The position numbers and the translations under genes were made by a program. Below, piece by piece: positions 37,625-46,580 of a stretch of 64,000 bases of DNA. The notes under the pieces are model-generated. The model searched no databases and had not been told where the DNA came from. It saw nothing but the letters and a program-made list of their open reading frames with translations. This DNA is from Candidatus Elarobacter sp. (lineage in GTDB: Bacteria; Vulcanimicrobiota; Vulcanimicrobiia; Vulcanimicrobiales; Vulcanimicrobiaceae), in NCBI GenBank assembly GCA_036402975.1, contig DASWRW010000042.1:125735-189734 (forward strand), written 5' to 3'. Numbering within the stretch: position 1 is the first letter of the stretch; every line of letters begins with the position of its first letter.

Positions 37625-38183
37625 GGTCCTCGTCGGAGACGGTGACGGCGTCGCCCTCCGAGCGCTGCGGAGCCAAGATGACGTCGATGTGCTCGCGGCG
37701 GCTGGTCGGCACGACCTTGCCGACGTAGTCGCCCTGGACCGGGAGCTCGCGCAGCCCGCGGTCGATCAGCACCGCCAGCCGGATCGCGCGCGGCCGGCCG
37801 AGGTCGGTCACCGCGTCGAGCGCCGCCCGCACGGTGCGGCCGGTGTAGAGCACGTCGTCGACCAGGACGACCGTCTGCCCGGTGATCGCACTGCGGATCT
37901 CCGACTCCGGCAGCTCGCGCGCGACGTCGTCGTCGCGGTACAGGTTGATGTTCAAGAAGCCGAGCTGCGGCAGCGCGCCGCGGATCTCGGCGATCTTCGA
38001 GGCGAGGCGCCGGGCGAGGGCCTCCCCGCCACGGCGGATTCCGACCAGGAGGAGGCCGTCCTGGACGTCCTCCGGCTCGACGATCTGGTGGGCCATGCGC
38101 GCGATCGCCCGGTCGATCTCGTCAGGCGACATGAGCACGCGTCGCCGGGCGACGGCGGTCTGCATCGGCCGAACGTTCGTCAC
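37611..38183 (-). other.  Confidence 0.
37611..38183 (-). CDS. pyrR: Bifunctional pyr operon regulator/uracil phosphoribosyltransferase
   Basis: RMAHQI.E, GIRRGG, INLYRDD, VLVDDVLYTGRT, DRG.RELP; start at 38183 (GTG) or 38165 (ATG). Confidence 0.93.
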   Translation of the reverse strand: MTNVRPMQTAVARRRVLMSPDEIDRAIARMAHQIVEPEDVQDGLLLVGIRRGGEALARRLASKIAEIRGALPQLGFLNINLYRDDDVARELPESEIRSAITGQTVVLVDDVLYTGRTVRAALDAVTDLGRPRAIRLAVLIDRGLRELPVQGDYVGKVVPTSRREHIDVILAPQRSEGDAVTVSDEDRGAA

Positions 38184-38623
38184 CCCAGCCGGGAATGGCC
38201 TTCGGCCCCGGGGCCGCTCGCGGGGTGAAGGCGCTCGTAGTAGTAGTCCGAGCTGCCGAAGCGAGGCACCGTCCGCATACGGGCGTCGTAGCGTTTCCGA
38301 TAGTGGTCCCGCTGCCGCCGGATGCGGTCGTGCAGCGCGAGGCGCCCAAGCGTCGCATCTTCACGGAAGTCGAGGCAGACCTCCGTATCGCCCGGTCGCG
38401 CTCGCAAGCGCGCGAGCTCGTGGAGGCTCTCGAGCTGCTTCGCGGTGTCCCTCGTGTAGTAACGGCGCTCGCCGGGCTCGTGCCCCCCAGTGCGGACGAT
38501 CGTCGGAACATTGCAGATTCGCAGCCGAACGCCCGGCACCAGGCGGCGCTCCTCGACGCCGAGCTCGGCGCTCTCGACGATCGGGTCGCGATGACAAGGA
38601 CAAGTACAGAACATTGGAGTCAC
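38180..38623 (-). CDS. YgiT/MqsA-type zinc-finger-like protein (degenerate)
   Basis: N-terminal CTCPCH, then I.NVP....GE.RYY...T.K.LE; the second CxxC pair is lost. Confidence 0.5.
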   Translation of the reverse strand: MTPMFCTCPCHRDPIVESAELGVEERRLVPGVRLRICNVPTIVRTGGHEPGERRYYTRDTAKQLESLHELARLRARPGDTEVCLDFREDATLGRLALHDRIRRQRDHYRKRYDARMRTVPRFGSSDYYYERLHPASGPGAEGHSRLG

Positions 38624-38880
38624 GATCGTTCAGATCGTGTGAACAGTGACGTATAGTGGCGGCGATCCCAGCTTACCTTAACGCGAATCCGCCGTCTATC
38701 CCGCAGCGTACGCTCGAAGTTGATTCCAACCTGCCGATGGCCGAAGGGAGGCATCACGGTCGTCGTCGAGAGATCGAACGCCTCTTCAATGGATCGGATC
38801 CCGACGACGTCCGCGCGCGACGGCATACGACGAGCATCGCTGCTCGCCGTTGCCACCGCGTGGCCGGAATGTTACATCAC
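38620..38880 (-). pseudogene. Degraded DUF4258-like (RelE/BrnT-fold) toxin gene
   Basis: Joining frames gives VTF/SGHA...SRADVV.GIRS...RIRVKVSWD...Y/VTVHTI*, which needs two apparent frameshifts; lies upstream of the YgiT-like gene. Confidence 0.4.
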
Positions 38881-38889
38881 GATGAACGG

Positions 38890-39381
38890 TCAGCCGCGGA
38901 GGATCGCGCAGCCGGTCGTGCCGATGCCGAGCAGTTTGCCGGCGCTGTCGTAGAGCTTGCCTTCGGCGACGGCGGTGGAGCGGCCGACGTGCAACGCGAT
39001 CCCTTCACAGCGGACCGCGCCGGTCGCGGTCGTGACGCCGCGGATGAAGCGGACCTGCACGTCGGTCGTCGTGTAGCCGACGCCGGCCGGAAGCAGCGTG
39101 TGGATCGCGCAGCTCATCGCGGTGTCGAAGATCGTCAGCGCGAAACCGCCGTGGACGACGCCGATGGGGTTGTAGTGCTCCTCGCCGGGATAGCCCTCGA
39201 CGACGACGCGCCCCTCGCCGACCTCGGCGATGGTGAAGTTGGTCAGCGCCGAGATCGGCGGGCGCGGCAGATCGCCGGCCGCGATCGCGCGGATCGCGTC
39301 GATCCCCGGCGAGCGGCGGACGAAGTCGACGGTCGGCGCGGGGTCTTCCCACTGGACGAGGCGCTCGCGAGTCGCTTGCAT
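38890..39381 (-). CDS. PaaI family thioesterase
   Basis: HYNPIGVVHGG..T.FDTAM.CA and hotdog-fold strands. Confidence 0.92.
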   Translation of the reverse strand: MQATRERLVQWEDPAPTVDFVRRSPGIDAIRAIAAGDLPRPPISALTNFTIAEVGEGRVVVEGYPGEEHYNPIGVVHGGFALTIFDTAMSCAIHTLLPAGVGYTTTDVQVRFIRGVTTATGAVRCEGIALHVGRSTAVAEGKLYDSAGKLLGIGTTGCAILRG

Positions 39382-39389
39382 GATGCAAG
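39375..39389. promoter_or_regulatory. Palindromic operator, probably for the adjacent HxlR regulator
   Basis: CTTGCAT-G-ATGCAAG perfect palindrome overlapping the thioesterase start codon. Confidence 0.6.
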
Positions 39390-39438
39390 GAACATACCGC
39401 CGCCGCGTCGACTCTTCCTTCGGACGGAGGTGACCCCG

Positions 39439-39918
39439 ATGGCCAAACGCCGCAGCTTCGACGGGATGAACTGCTCGATCGCCCGCGCGCTGGACGTGAT
39501 CGGCGAGTGGTGGACGCTGCTCGTGCTGCGCGAGGCGTTCCGCGGCGTGCGCCGCTTCGACGGCTTCGTCGAGCGGCTCGGGATCGCGCCGAACATCCTC
39601 ACCACGCGCCTGCGCCGGCTGGTCGAGCACGGCATCTTCGAGGAGCGCATGTATCAGGAGCGGCCGAAGCGCGTCGAGTACCGGCTGACGGCGAAGGGCC
39701 GCGATGTCTATCCGGTGCTGATCGCGCTGCTCGCGTGGGGCGACCGCTGGTACGCCGAGGACGGACCGCCCGTCGTGCTGATGCACGCGACGTGCGAGCA
39801 CCGCGCCGACGCGCGCTTCGTCTGCGGCCATTGCGGCGAGAAGATCGACGCGCGCGAGGTCCGCGCGGTCCCGGGCCGCGGGGCCGACGAGCCGCAGCCG
39901 AGCCTCGCCGTCGGCTGA
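39439..39918 (+). CDS. HxlR family winged-helix regulator
   Basis: CSIARALDVIGEWWTLLVLRE, EYRLT.KG, WGDRW; GGAGG SD. Confidence 0.93.
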   Translation: MAKRRSFDGMNCSIARALDVIGEWWTLLVLREAFRGVRRFDGFVERLGIAPNILTTRLRRLVEHGIFEERMYQERPKRVEYRLTAKGRDVYPVLIALLAWGDRWYAEDGPPVVLMHATCEHRADARFVCGHCGEKIDAREVRAVPGRGADEPQPSLAVG

Positions 39919-39982
39919 AGTGCGGCCCGCGCGCCCGGGCGCCCGGTCCCGTACGCCGGCTCCCGGATTCCGCGTCGCGCGC

Positions 39983-42658
39983 TCAGCTCGGCGGCAGCCC
40001 CTCCAGCGCGACGCGCACGCGCGCAAGCTCACGACGGTAATCGTCCAGCTTGGCGCGCTCGGCGGCGACCACGTCGGGTGACGCCTTCGCGACGAAGCTT
40101 TCGTTGGCGAGCTTCTTCTCGGAACGCCCGACCTCCGATTCCAGCCGGGCGATCTCGCGCGTATAGCGCTCGCGCAGCTTCGCTGAGTCCGCGACACCGC
40201 GCACGGCGAGAATGCGGTCGCGCAACGATCCGTTGCCACCGTCGTACGTCGCCACGTCGGCACGGACGAGCGTCGCGATCGCCTCAACGATGCCGCGCTC
40301 GCTCTCGAGCGTTACCGGCACTTCCACGCGCATGCGGTCCTTCGGCTGGATGCCCCACTCCGAGCGCGCGTTGCGCAGCTCTTCCACCTTCTCCACGACC
40401 GTGCCGAACGTCGCCGCATCCGCCGGGAACGACGGGATCTCCGCCAAGTCGGGCCACGACGCGGTGACGATCGTCGCGCCGTCGTGCGGCAGCGTCTGCC
40501 AGATCTCTTCGGTGATGAACGGCGCGATCGGGTGCATCGCGCGGACGAACGCGTTCAGCACGAACGACAGCACCGCGGCCCGCGTCTCCTGCTGCCCCGG
40601 CGCTTTCGTCGCCTCCACGTACCAGTCGCAGAACGTGTACCAGCCGAACTGCAGCAGCGTGTCGGCCGCGACGCCGAACTCGAACCCGTCGTACGCGCGC
40701 GTCACCGTCTCGACGCAAGCGCGGAGCTCGGTGAGAATCCACTTGTCCGCGAGCGTCAGCTTGTCGCGCGGCGGCAGCGCGTTCGCGCGTGGCAGGTCTT
40801 CCGGCAGCGCGACGGTGTAGCGGAGCGCATTCCAGAGCTTCGTGCAGAAGCGCTTCGCCTCGTCGGCGTAGCGCTCGTCGAAGCGCAGCTCCTGCGACTC
40901 CAAGCGCATCTGGCGCAGGATGCCGAAGCGCGTTCCGTCGGCGCCGTACGCCGGCACGAGGTCCGTCATCGGGTCGATCGCGTTCCCCAGCGACTTCGAC
41001 ATCTTCCGGCCCTGCGCATCGAAGACCAGCGGCGTCACGAAGACGGTCTCGAACGGGATCTCGCCGAGGAAGCGCAGCCCGAGCATCATCATCCGCGTCA
41101 CCCACAGGAAGATGATGTCGCGGCTGGTGATCATGACCTGGTTGGGATACCAGTGCTCGAGCTCGGGCGTCTTCTCCGGCCAGCCGAGGATCGAGAACGG
41201 CCACAGCGCCGAGCTGAACCAGGTGTCGAGCGTGTCGGGATCCCGCCGCAGCTCGGACGTACCGTGGCGCTCGCGCGCGATGCGCGACGCTTCGGCTTCG
41301 TCATGCGCGGCGATCACCTCGCCGTTCGGCGTGTACCAGACCGGAAGCTGGTGGCCCCACCAGATCTGGCGCGAGATGTTCCAGTCGCGGATGCTTTCGA
41401 GCCCTGCCGCGTACGTGCGGCCGAAGCGTTCGGGCACGAAGCGAATGCGGCCGCTGCGGTACGCCTCGAGCGCCGGCCGCGCCAGCGGCTCGATGCGCAC
41501 GAACCACTGCAGCGAGAGCAGCGGCTCGATCACCGCGTGTGAGCGCGAGCTGAGCGGAAGGGTGGTGTGGTACGGCCGTTCTTCGACCAGCGCGCCGAGC
41601 GCGCGGAGATCGTCGACGATCCGCTTGCGCGCGTCGAAGCGGTCGAGCCCGGCGTACGGCGCCATCTTCGGCGCCTGCGCGTCGATCGGTGCGCGGCGTT
41701 CCGGCGTTTCGTCGTAACGCCACACCGGCGCGGTGACGCGCGCGTCGAAGTCGATGACGGTCGGCATCGGCAAGCCGTGCCGCTGGCCGATCTCGTAGTC
41801 GGTCTGGTCGTGCGCCGGCGTGACCTTCACCGCGCCGGTGCCGAACTCGACCTGAACCGCCTCGTCGGCGATGACCGGAACCGCGCGGTCGATGACGGGC
41901 AGCACGACGTTCTTCCCGATGAGGTGCGCATAACGCTCGTCGCTCGGGTGGACCGCGACCGCGACGTCGGCGAGATACGTCTCGGGCCGGGTGGTCGCGA
42001 TCACCAGCCCGTCGCCGCCGTCCTCCGCTCGGTAGCGGATGTGCCACAGGAACGTGTCGCGCTCTTCGTCCTCGATCTCCGCGTCGGAGAGCGTCGATTG
42101 CGTGACCGGGTCCCAGTTCACGAGCCGCGTCCCGCGGTAGATCAATCCGTCATTGTAGAGGTCGACGAACACGTTGACGACCGCGGCCGACAGCGCGGGA
42201 TCCATCGTGAACCGCTCGCGCTCCCAGTCGGGGCCGAAGCCGAGCCGCTTGAACGCCTCGTTGATCGCTCCGCCGTACTGGTGGCGCCACGCCCACACGC
42301 GCTCGAGAAACGCTTCGCGGCCGAGCCCGTCGCGCGTGAGCCCATCCTTCGCGAGCTCCCGCACCACCACGGACTCCGTGGCGATCGCGGCGTGGTCCTG
42401 ACCGGGGATCCAGTCCGCGTTCTCGCCGAGCATGCGGTGATAGCGCGTCAGCACATCCATCGGCGTGTAGCTCGAGGCATGCCCGAGATGCGCGGGTCCG
42501 GTGACGTTCGGCGGCGGCATCGAGATGATGAACGGCGGCCGCGCCGGATCGGGCTCTTCGTGAAAGACGCCGCTCGCGAGCCAGCGGTCGTACAGGCGCG
42601 GCTCGACCTCGGCGGGATCGTAGGTCTTCGGAAGCTCGGGTCGGGCCGTCATGGTCAC
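39983..42658 (-). CDS. valS: Valine--tRNA ligase
   Basis: PPPNVTG.AHLGH (HIGH), DWNISRQIWWGH, DTWFSS, KMSKS, C-terminal coiled coil. Confidence 0.97.
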   Translation of the reverse strand: MTMTARPELPKTYDPAEVEPRLYDRWLASGVFHEEPDPARPPFIISMPPPNVTGPAHLGHASSYTPMDVLTRYHRMLGENADWIPGQDHAAIATESVVVRELAKDGLTRDGLGREAFLERVWAWRHQYGGAINEAFKRLGFGPDWERERFTMDPALSAAVVNVFVDLYNDGLIYRGTRLVNWDPVTQSTLSDAEIEDEERDTFLWHIRYRAEDGGDGLVIATTRPETYLADVAVAVHPSDERYAHLIGKNVVLPVIDRAVPVIADEAVQVEFGTGAVKVTPAHDQTDYEIGQRHGLPMPTVIDFDARVTAPVWRYDETPERRAPIDAQAPKMAPYAGLDRFDARKRIVDDLRALGALVEERPYHTTLPLSSRSHAVIEPLLSLQWFVRIEPLARPALEAYRSGRIRFVPERFGRTYAAGLESIRDWNISRQIWWGHQLPVWYTPNGEVIAAHDEAEASRIARERHGTSELRRDPDTLDTWFSSALWPFSILGWPEKTPELEHWYPNQVMITSRDIIFLWVTRMMMLGLRFLGEIPFETVFVTPLVFDAQGRKMSKSLGNAIDPMTDLVPAYGADGTRFGILRQMRLESQELRFDERYADEAKRFCTKLWNALRYTVALPEDLPRANALPPRDKLTLADKWILTELRACVETVTRAYDGFEFGVAADTLLQFGWYTFCDWYVEATKAPGQQETRAAVLSFVLNAFVRAMHPIAPFITEEIWQTLPHDGATIVTASWPDLAEIPSFPADAATFGTVVEKVEELRNARSEWGIQPKDRMRVEVPVTLESERGIVEAIATLVRADVATYDGGNGSLRDRILAVRGVADSAKLRERYTREIARLESEVGRSEKKLANESFVAKASPDVVAAERAKLDDYRRELARVRVALEGLPPS

Positions 42659-42723
42659 CGCCTACACTACGCGATGCGGCCCCGCGTCACCCCGAGCGCA
42701 CGCGCGCCTTGCAGCACAACCCC

Positions 42724-43899
42724 TTACGGCCGCCACCCGTACAGCCACTCGACGTGCGCGAAGTCGTCGTCGGGCCGCGCGGCGAGCATCGCGTCGCGCA
42801 GCGTGGCACCGACCTCGCCGGCGTGCCAGATCTCGCCGAACAGCCGTGCGCTGTACTGCACGCGCGCCGTGCGGAGATAGCGCGCGTCGCGGTACGCGAT
42901 GAACGCGGCCGCCGGGTCCTCGTGCGCGGCGAGCGCGCCGGCCAGGACGACGGCGTCCTCGAGCGCCTGACAGGCGCCCTGCGCCAGGTACTGCAGCATC
43001 GGGTGTGCGGCGTCGCCGAGCAGCGCGAGCCGCCCGCGGCTCCAGTTCGCGATCGGCTCGCGGTCGTACATCGTCCAGCGGCGGTCGCGCCGGATGCGCG
43101 CGATCCCGGCCTGCACGGCGCCGCAGCCGACCGCGAACGCGGCGTCCAGCTCGTCCGGCGTCCCCCAGTCGCCGCCGTCCTCGCGAAAGCGCGCGCTGCG
43201 GAAGACAGCGACCTGGTTGAAAAGCTGCCCGCCGCGGATCGGGTACTGCACGAAATGCAGCCCCGGCGCCGTCCACAGCGTGACGTCGTCGAGCCCTGCG
43301 CCTTCCCAGAGCTCCGTGACCGGGATCGTGCCGCGATACGCGACGTACCGCGCGGCGAGCGGCTCGCCGTCCTCGTGCACGAGCTTGCGCAGCCGCGACC
43401 ACAGCCCGTCGGCGGCGACGGCCGCGACGCCCTCGTACGCGGTGCCGCCGGCGCAGACGGCGCGCACGCCGCCTTCGTGCTCGACCACGTCGACGACTTC
43501 GCGCGACGCCTCGAGCACGATGCGTTCGTCCGCACGGCAGGCGGCGAGCAGCACGTCGAGCAGATCGCCGCGGTGCATCACGACGTACGGATGCCCGTAG
43601 TGCGCGCGAAACCTCGCGCCGAGGTCGAGCGCCGTGACGCGCGTGCCGGTGCGCGCGTCGCGCCATAGCAGCCGCTTGGGATAGACGGCGAACGGCGCGA
43701 TCGCGTCGAGCACGCCGAGGCGTTCCAACGCGTGCGACGCGTTCGGCGCGAGCTGCAGGCCGGCGCCGATCTCACCGAACTGGGGCGCCTTCTCGAGGAC
43801 GTGCGCACGGCGGCCGGTGCGCGCGACGGCGAGCGCGGCGGCGAGACCGCCGATGCCGCCGCCGGCGATCAAGAGCGGAAGACCGTTCGAATGTCGCAC
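42724..43899 (-). CDS. FAD-dependent monooxygenase (3-hydroxybenzoate 6-hydroxylase/salicylate hydroxylase-like)
   Basis: GGGIGG, EIGAGLQL.PN, ADG..S, GDAAHPMLQYLAQGACQALED. Confidence 0.9.
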   Translation of the reverse strand: MRHSNGLPLLIAGGGIGGLAAALAVARTGRRAHVLEKAPQFGEIGAGLQLAPNASHALERLGVLDAIAPFAVYPKRLLWRDARTGTRVTALDLGARFRAHYGHPYVVMHRGDLLDVLLAACRADERIVLEASREVVDVVEHEGGVRAVCAGGTAYEGVAAVAADGLWSRLRKLVHEDGEPLAARYVAYRGTIPVTELWEGAGLDDVTLWTAPGLHFVQYPIRGGQLFNQVAVFRSARFREDGGDWGTPDELDAAFAVGCGAVQAGIARIRRDRRWTMYDREPIANWSRGRLALLGDAAHPMLQYLAQGACQALEDAVVLAGALAAHEDPAAAFIAYRDARYLRTARVQYSARLFGEIWHAGEVGATLRDAMLAARPDDDFAHVEWLYGWRP

Positions 43900-43938
43900 C
43901 GCGCACCCGCTTCGGCCGCCGCGGCGCAGCGTTCCTCG

Positions 43939-44475
43939 CTAGAGCCGGTGGAGGCCCTCCGCTTGCGTGCGCTCGTCGGCGACGCGCACGCCGAAATGGT
44001 ACGACAACATCCCGCCGAGCCAGCCGGAGGCGCCCAGCAGCGCGATCGCGAGCAACGAAAGCCCGATGTCGCCGCCCGCGACGGGCTGGTCGCGCGTCTC
44101 GTCGGCGTTCAGCCGCTTCTCGCGCTGTGCGAGCCCCAGCAGGTAGAGCGCGGTCGTCGTGACGTTCAGCGCGAGGTGCGTCGTCGCCGTGACGCCGGCG
44201 GGGCTCTTCTTCGGAATCTTCACGTAGTCCAGAAAGCCGAGGAACGCCGCGCCCGCCGCGCCCACGATCCCGGTCTTCATCAGCTCCGCCGAACCGCGCG
44301 CGAAGACGCGCGGTTCCTCGCTGCGCAGCGAGACCAGGTCGAAGAGCAGGCTCGCGACCCAGGCGCCGATCGGGACCGTCACCGCGATCGGGTGGAACGG
44401 ATGCCCGTACGGGCCGGCCAGCGGCGTCGCGGGCTCTTTGATCTCGCGCAGGCCGGTCGCGTCGGACGGGTCCAT
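43939..44475 (-). CDS. DUF2231 domain membrane protein
   Basis: GHPFHP..V.VPIG, G.LDY, H..LN, SGWLGG.L.Y..GVRV. Confidence 0.85.
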   Translation of the reverse strand: MDPSDATGLREIKEPATPLAGPYGHPFHPIAVTVPIGAWVASLLFDLVSLRSEEPRVFARGSAELMKTGIVGAAGAAFLGFLDYVKIPKKSPAGVTATTHLALNVTTTALYLLGLAQREKRLNADETRDQPVAGGDIGLSLLAIALLGASGWLGGMLSYHFGVRVADERTQAEGLHRL

Positions 44476-44488
44476 CGGCGATGCGGTC

Positions 44489-44716
44489 CTAGATCCCGGT
44501 TCCGTCGCCGCCCTCTTCCGTCGCGTCAGTCGTGCCGCCCGCGGCGCCGTACGACGACGGAACCGCGCGCGGCCGCGTGCCGCTATCGCCGCCCAGGTTC
44601 GACTCGGTGCTCCCCTCGCCGACGAGCGTCTCTTCGCCGCGGATCGTCTCGGTGTTCCGCTGCGTCAGCGCAGGCTCGTCGGTCGCGCCTTCGTCGGAGT
44701 TGGTTCGGTCGTTCAT
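44489..44716 (-). CDS. Small acidic Gly/Thr-rich hydrophilic protein
   Basis: 75 aa, GAGGTG SD, host-like codon usage. Confidence 0.65.
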   Translation of the reverse strand: MNDRTNSDEGATDEPALTQRNTETIRGEETLVGEGSTESNLGGDSGTRPRAVPSSYGAAGGTTDATEEGGDGTGI

Positions 44717-44789
44717 CCGGTCACCTCACGGTCGATGCGTGCTCCCGAGGTTCGTACCCGAGCGCCGTCGCGCCACGCGAGCAAGCGGC

Positions 44790-45071
44790 TCACGCCGGCC
44801 GGCCGGGTCCGTCGGCCGTCGGCGCGGGCGCGTTCTCGACGGTCTCTCCGTACGCCGCGGTCTGGCCTTGGCCGACCTGCGGCATCACGCCGGCGCCGAG
44901 GGTCGGATCGGCGTTCGCAGCCAGCGCCGTATCCATCGTCCCGCCGCGGCCGGTTTGGTCGACGTCCTCGTCGTTGCCCGGGCGGGCGAAGTCGGTTTCG
45001 ACGGCCTCGCGGTCGGCCGGTGACGCCTTCGCGTCACCGCCGCTGCCGAGGCTCTGCAATCCGGTTTCCAT
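44790..45071 (-). CDS. Small acidic hydrophilic protein
   Basis: 93 aa starting METGLQSL; no SD, GGGTAC 9 nt upstream of ATG. Confidence 0.6.
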   Translation of the reverse strand: METGLQSLGSGGDAKASPADREAVETDFARPGNDEDVDQTGRGGTMDTALAANADPTLGAGVMPQVGQGQTAAYGETVENAPAPTADGPGRPA

Positions 45072-45154
45072 GCGTGAAGCGTACCCGCGGCCGCGCATGA
45101 TGATAGGCGCGAGCAAGCTGGCGTTCGAGCAGGCACTGCTGGTCTCGACCCGCT

Positions 45155-45826
45155 TCAGATGAAGGCGGCCAGCTCGTCCAGTCCCGTGAGCGTCGTTTCC
45201 GGAGCGGGCTGCAGCGCCTCGGCCGGCGCGCCGGCGCGATTGCACCACGCGACGCGAAAGCCGTAGCGCGCCGCGCCCCACGCGTCCCATGCGTTGGACG
45301 AGACGAACACGATGTCGCGCGCCTCGCAGGCGAAGCGCTTCGTGGCGAGCTCGTAGACGCGCGGGTCGGGCTTGTAGGCGCGCACCGCTTCGACGGAGAG
45401 CACGTCGGCGAGCAACGGCCGCACGCCGGCGCGCTCGAGGGCGGCGTTCGCGGAGACCGGCGTTCCGTTCGTCAGCACGGCGAGCGGTATGCTTCGTTCC
45501 GCGAGCGCCGTCAGCGCCGGGACGACGTCGCTGAACGGCGGCATCGAGCGCCAGGCATCCGCGAGGGCGCGGCGCGACGCGCCGTCGAGCGCGACGCGGC
45601 GCTGCGCGCACGTCTGCTCGAGCGCCAAAAGCGTGAGCTCGTCGAAGTCGCGGTACGCCTGCCCGAGCGTGCACAGAAAGGCGTACTCGAGCTGCTTGCG
45701 CCGCCAGTCCGCCACGAAGCCGGCCGCGTCGTCGACGGCCGCGGCGGCGACGTGCTCGCGCATCGTCTCGATGGCCAGCAGGGTGCCGTAGAGATCGAAC
45801 ACGACCGCCGCGACGCGCGCGCTCAC
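45155..45826 (-). CDS. Haloacid dehalogenase type II
   Basis: FDLYGTL, WR.KQLEY, LTNG, YKPDPRVY, FVSSNAWD. Confidence 0.92.
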   Translation of the reverse strand: MSARVAAVVFDLYGTLLAIETMREHVAAAAVDDAAGFVADWRRKQLEYAFLCTLGQAYRDFDELTLLALEQTCAQRRVALDGASRRALADAWRSMPPFSDVVPALTALAERSIPLAVLTNGTPVSANAALERAGVRPLLADVLSVEAVRAYKPDPRVYELATKRFACEARDIVFVSSNAWDAWGAARYGFRVAWCNRAGAPAEALQPAPETTLTGLDELAAFI

Positions 45827-46305
45827 GTGCGCCCTGCGATCGTCCGTTCGAGGAAGCGCAGCACGCGCGTGAGCGGGAAGTCTTTTTCGACCAGCGGTTT
45901 GGTGAGGATCGTACGCAGCCCGAGCAGCTTGGCGCCGAGCACGTCGGTGAAGAGCTGATCGCCGATGACGACCGTCGCGCGGCGCGGCGTGCCGAGCAGC
46001 TTGAGCGCGCGCAGGAACGCGAACGGCAGCGGCTTGAGCGCGTTCGGCACGACGGGGATGCCGAGCTTCGCGCCGACCGAGGCGACGCGCTCGCTGAAGT
46101 TGTTCGACACGAGCACCAGCGCGAAGCCGCGGTCGCGCGCGGCCGAGACCCACTCGGCAACGCCCGGCGCCAGCTCCGGCCGGCGGTAGGCGCAGACGGT
46201 GTTGTCGAGGTCGACGACGATGCCGCGGACGCCCGCTTGGGTGAGCAGGTCGAGCGATACGTCCGGCAGGGTGTCGGCGTGATGGTCGGCGCGGAACCTC
46301 TCCAC
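45823..46305 (-). CDS. yqeG: YqeG family HAD IIIA phosphatase
   Basis: DLDNT, VSNN, A.KP, IGDQLFTDVLGA. Confidence 0.9.
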   Translation of the reverse strand: MERFRADHHADTLPDVSLDLLTQAGVRGIVVDLDNTVCAYRRPELAPGVAEWVSAARDRGFALVLVSNNFSERVASVGAKLGIPVVPNALKPLPFAFLRALKLLGTPRRATVVIGDQLFTDVLGAKLLGLRTILTKPLVEKDFPLTRVLRFLERTIAGRT

Positions 46306-46427
46306 GCTATCCCCGGTTCCGTCCACAGCCCGCTCACCCCGCTCGCAGCGACTCCACCGGCTCGCCTGCGGCCGTCCACCGGAAAATATTTGTCGTCCAC
46401 GCCCATTCACAAGGCATCCCCGGCGCG

Positions 46428-46475
46428 GTACAATATCTAGTACAGCCCGGCGGGGACAGGCACAAGAGATTGTGT
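46428..46475. promoter_or_regulatory. Tandem NrdR boxes upstream of nrdJ
   Basis: GTACAATATCTAGTAC (46428-46443) and GCACAAGAGATTGTGT (46460-46475), starts 32 bp apart, matching the acaCwAtATaTwGtgt consensus. Confidence 0.8.
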
Positions 46476-46580
46476 CGGCCGTCGCTCAGGGGCATCGGCG
46501 GAGACCCCGAAACCGAACGAACGTTCGATGTTTCGTAGCCTTCGCGACGCTATCACCGCGACCGAGAGGACGCAGCCGGC

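Noticed and set aside
46476-46580. Cobalamin riboswitch upstream of the B12-dependent RNR
   Set aside because: Leader is too short and has no B12-box; the NrdR boxes explain the regulation.
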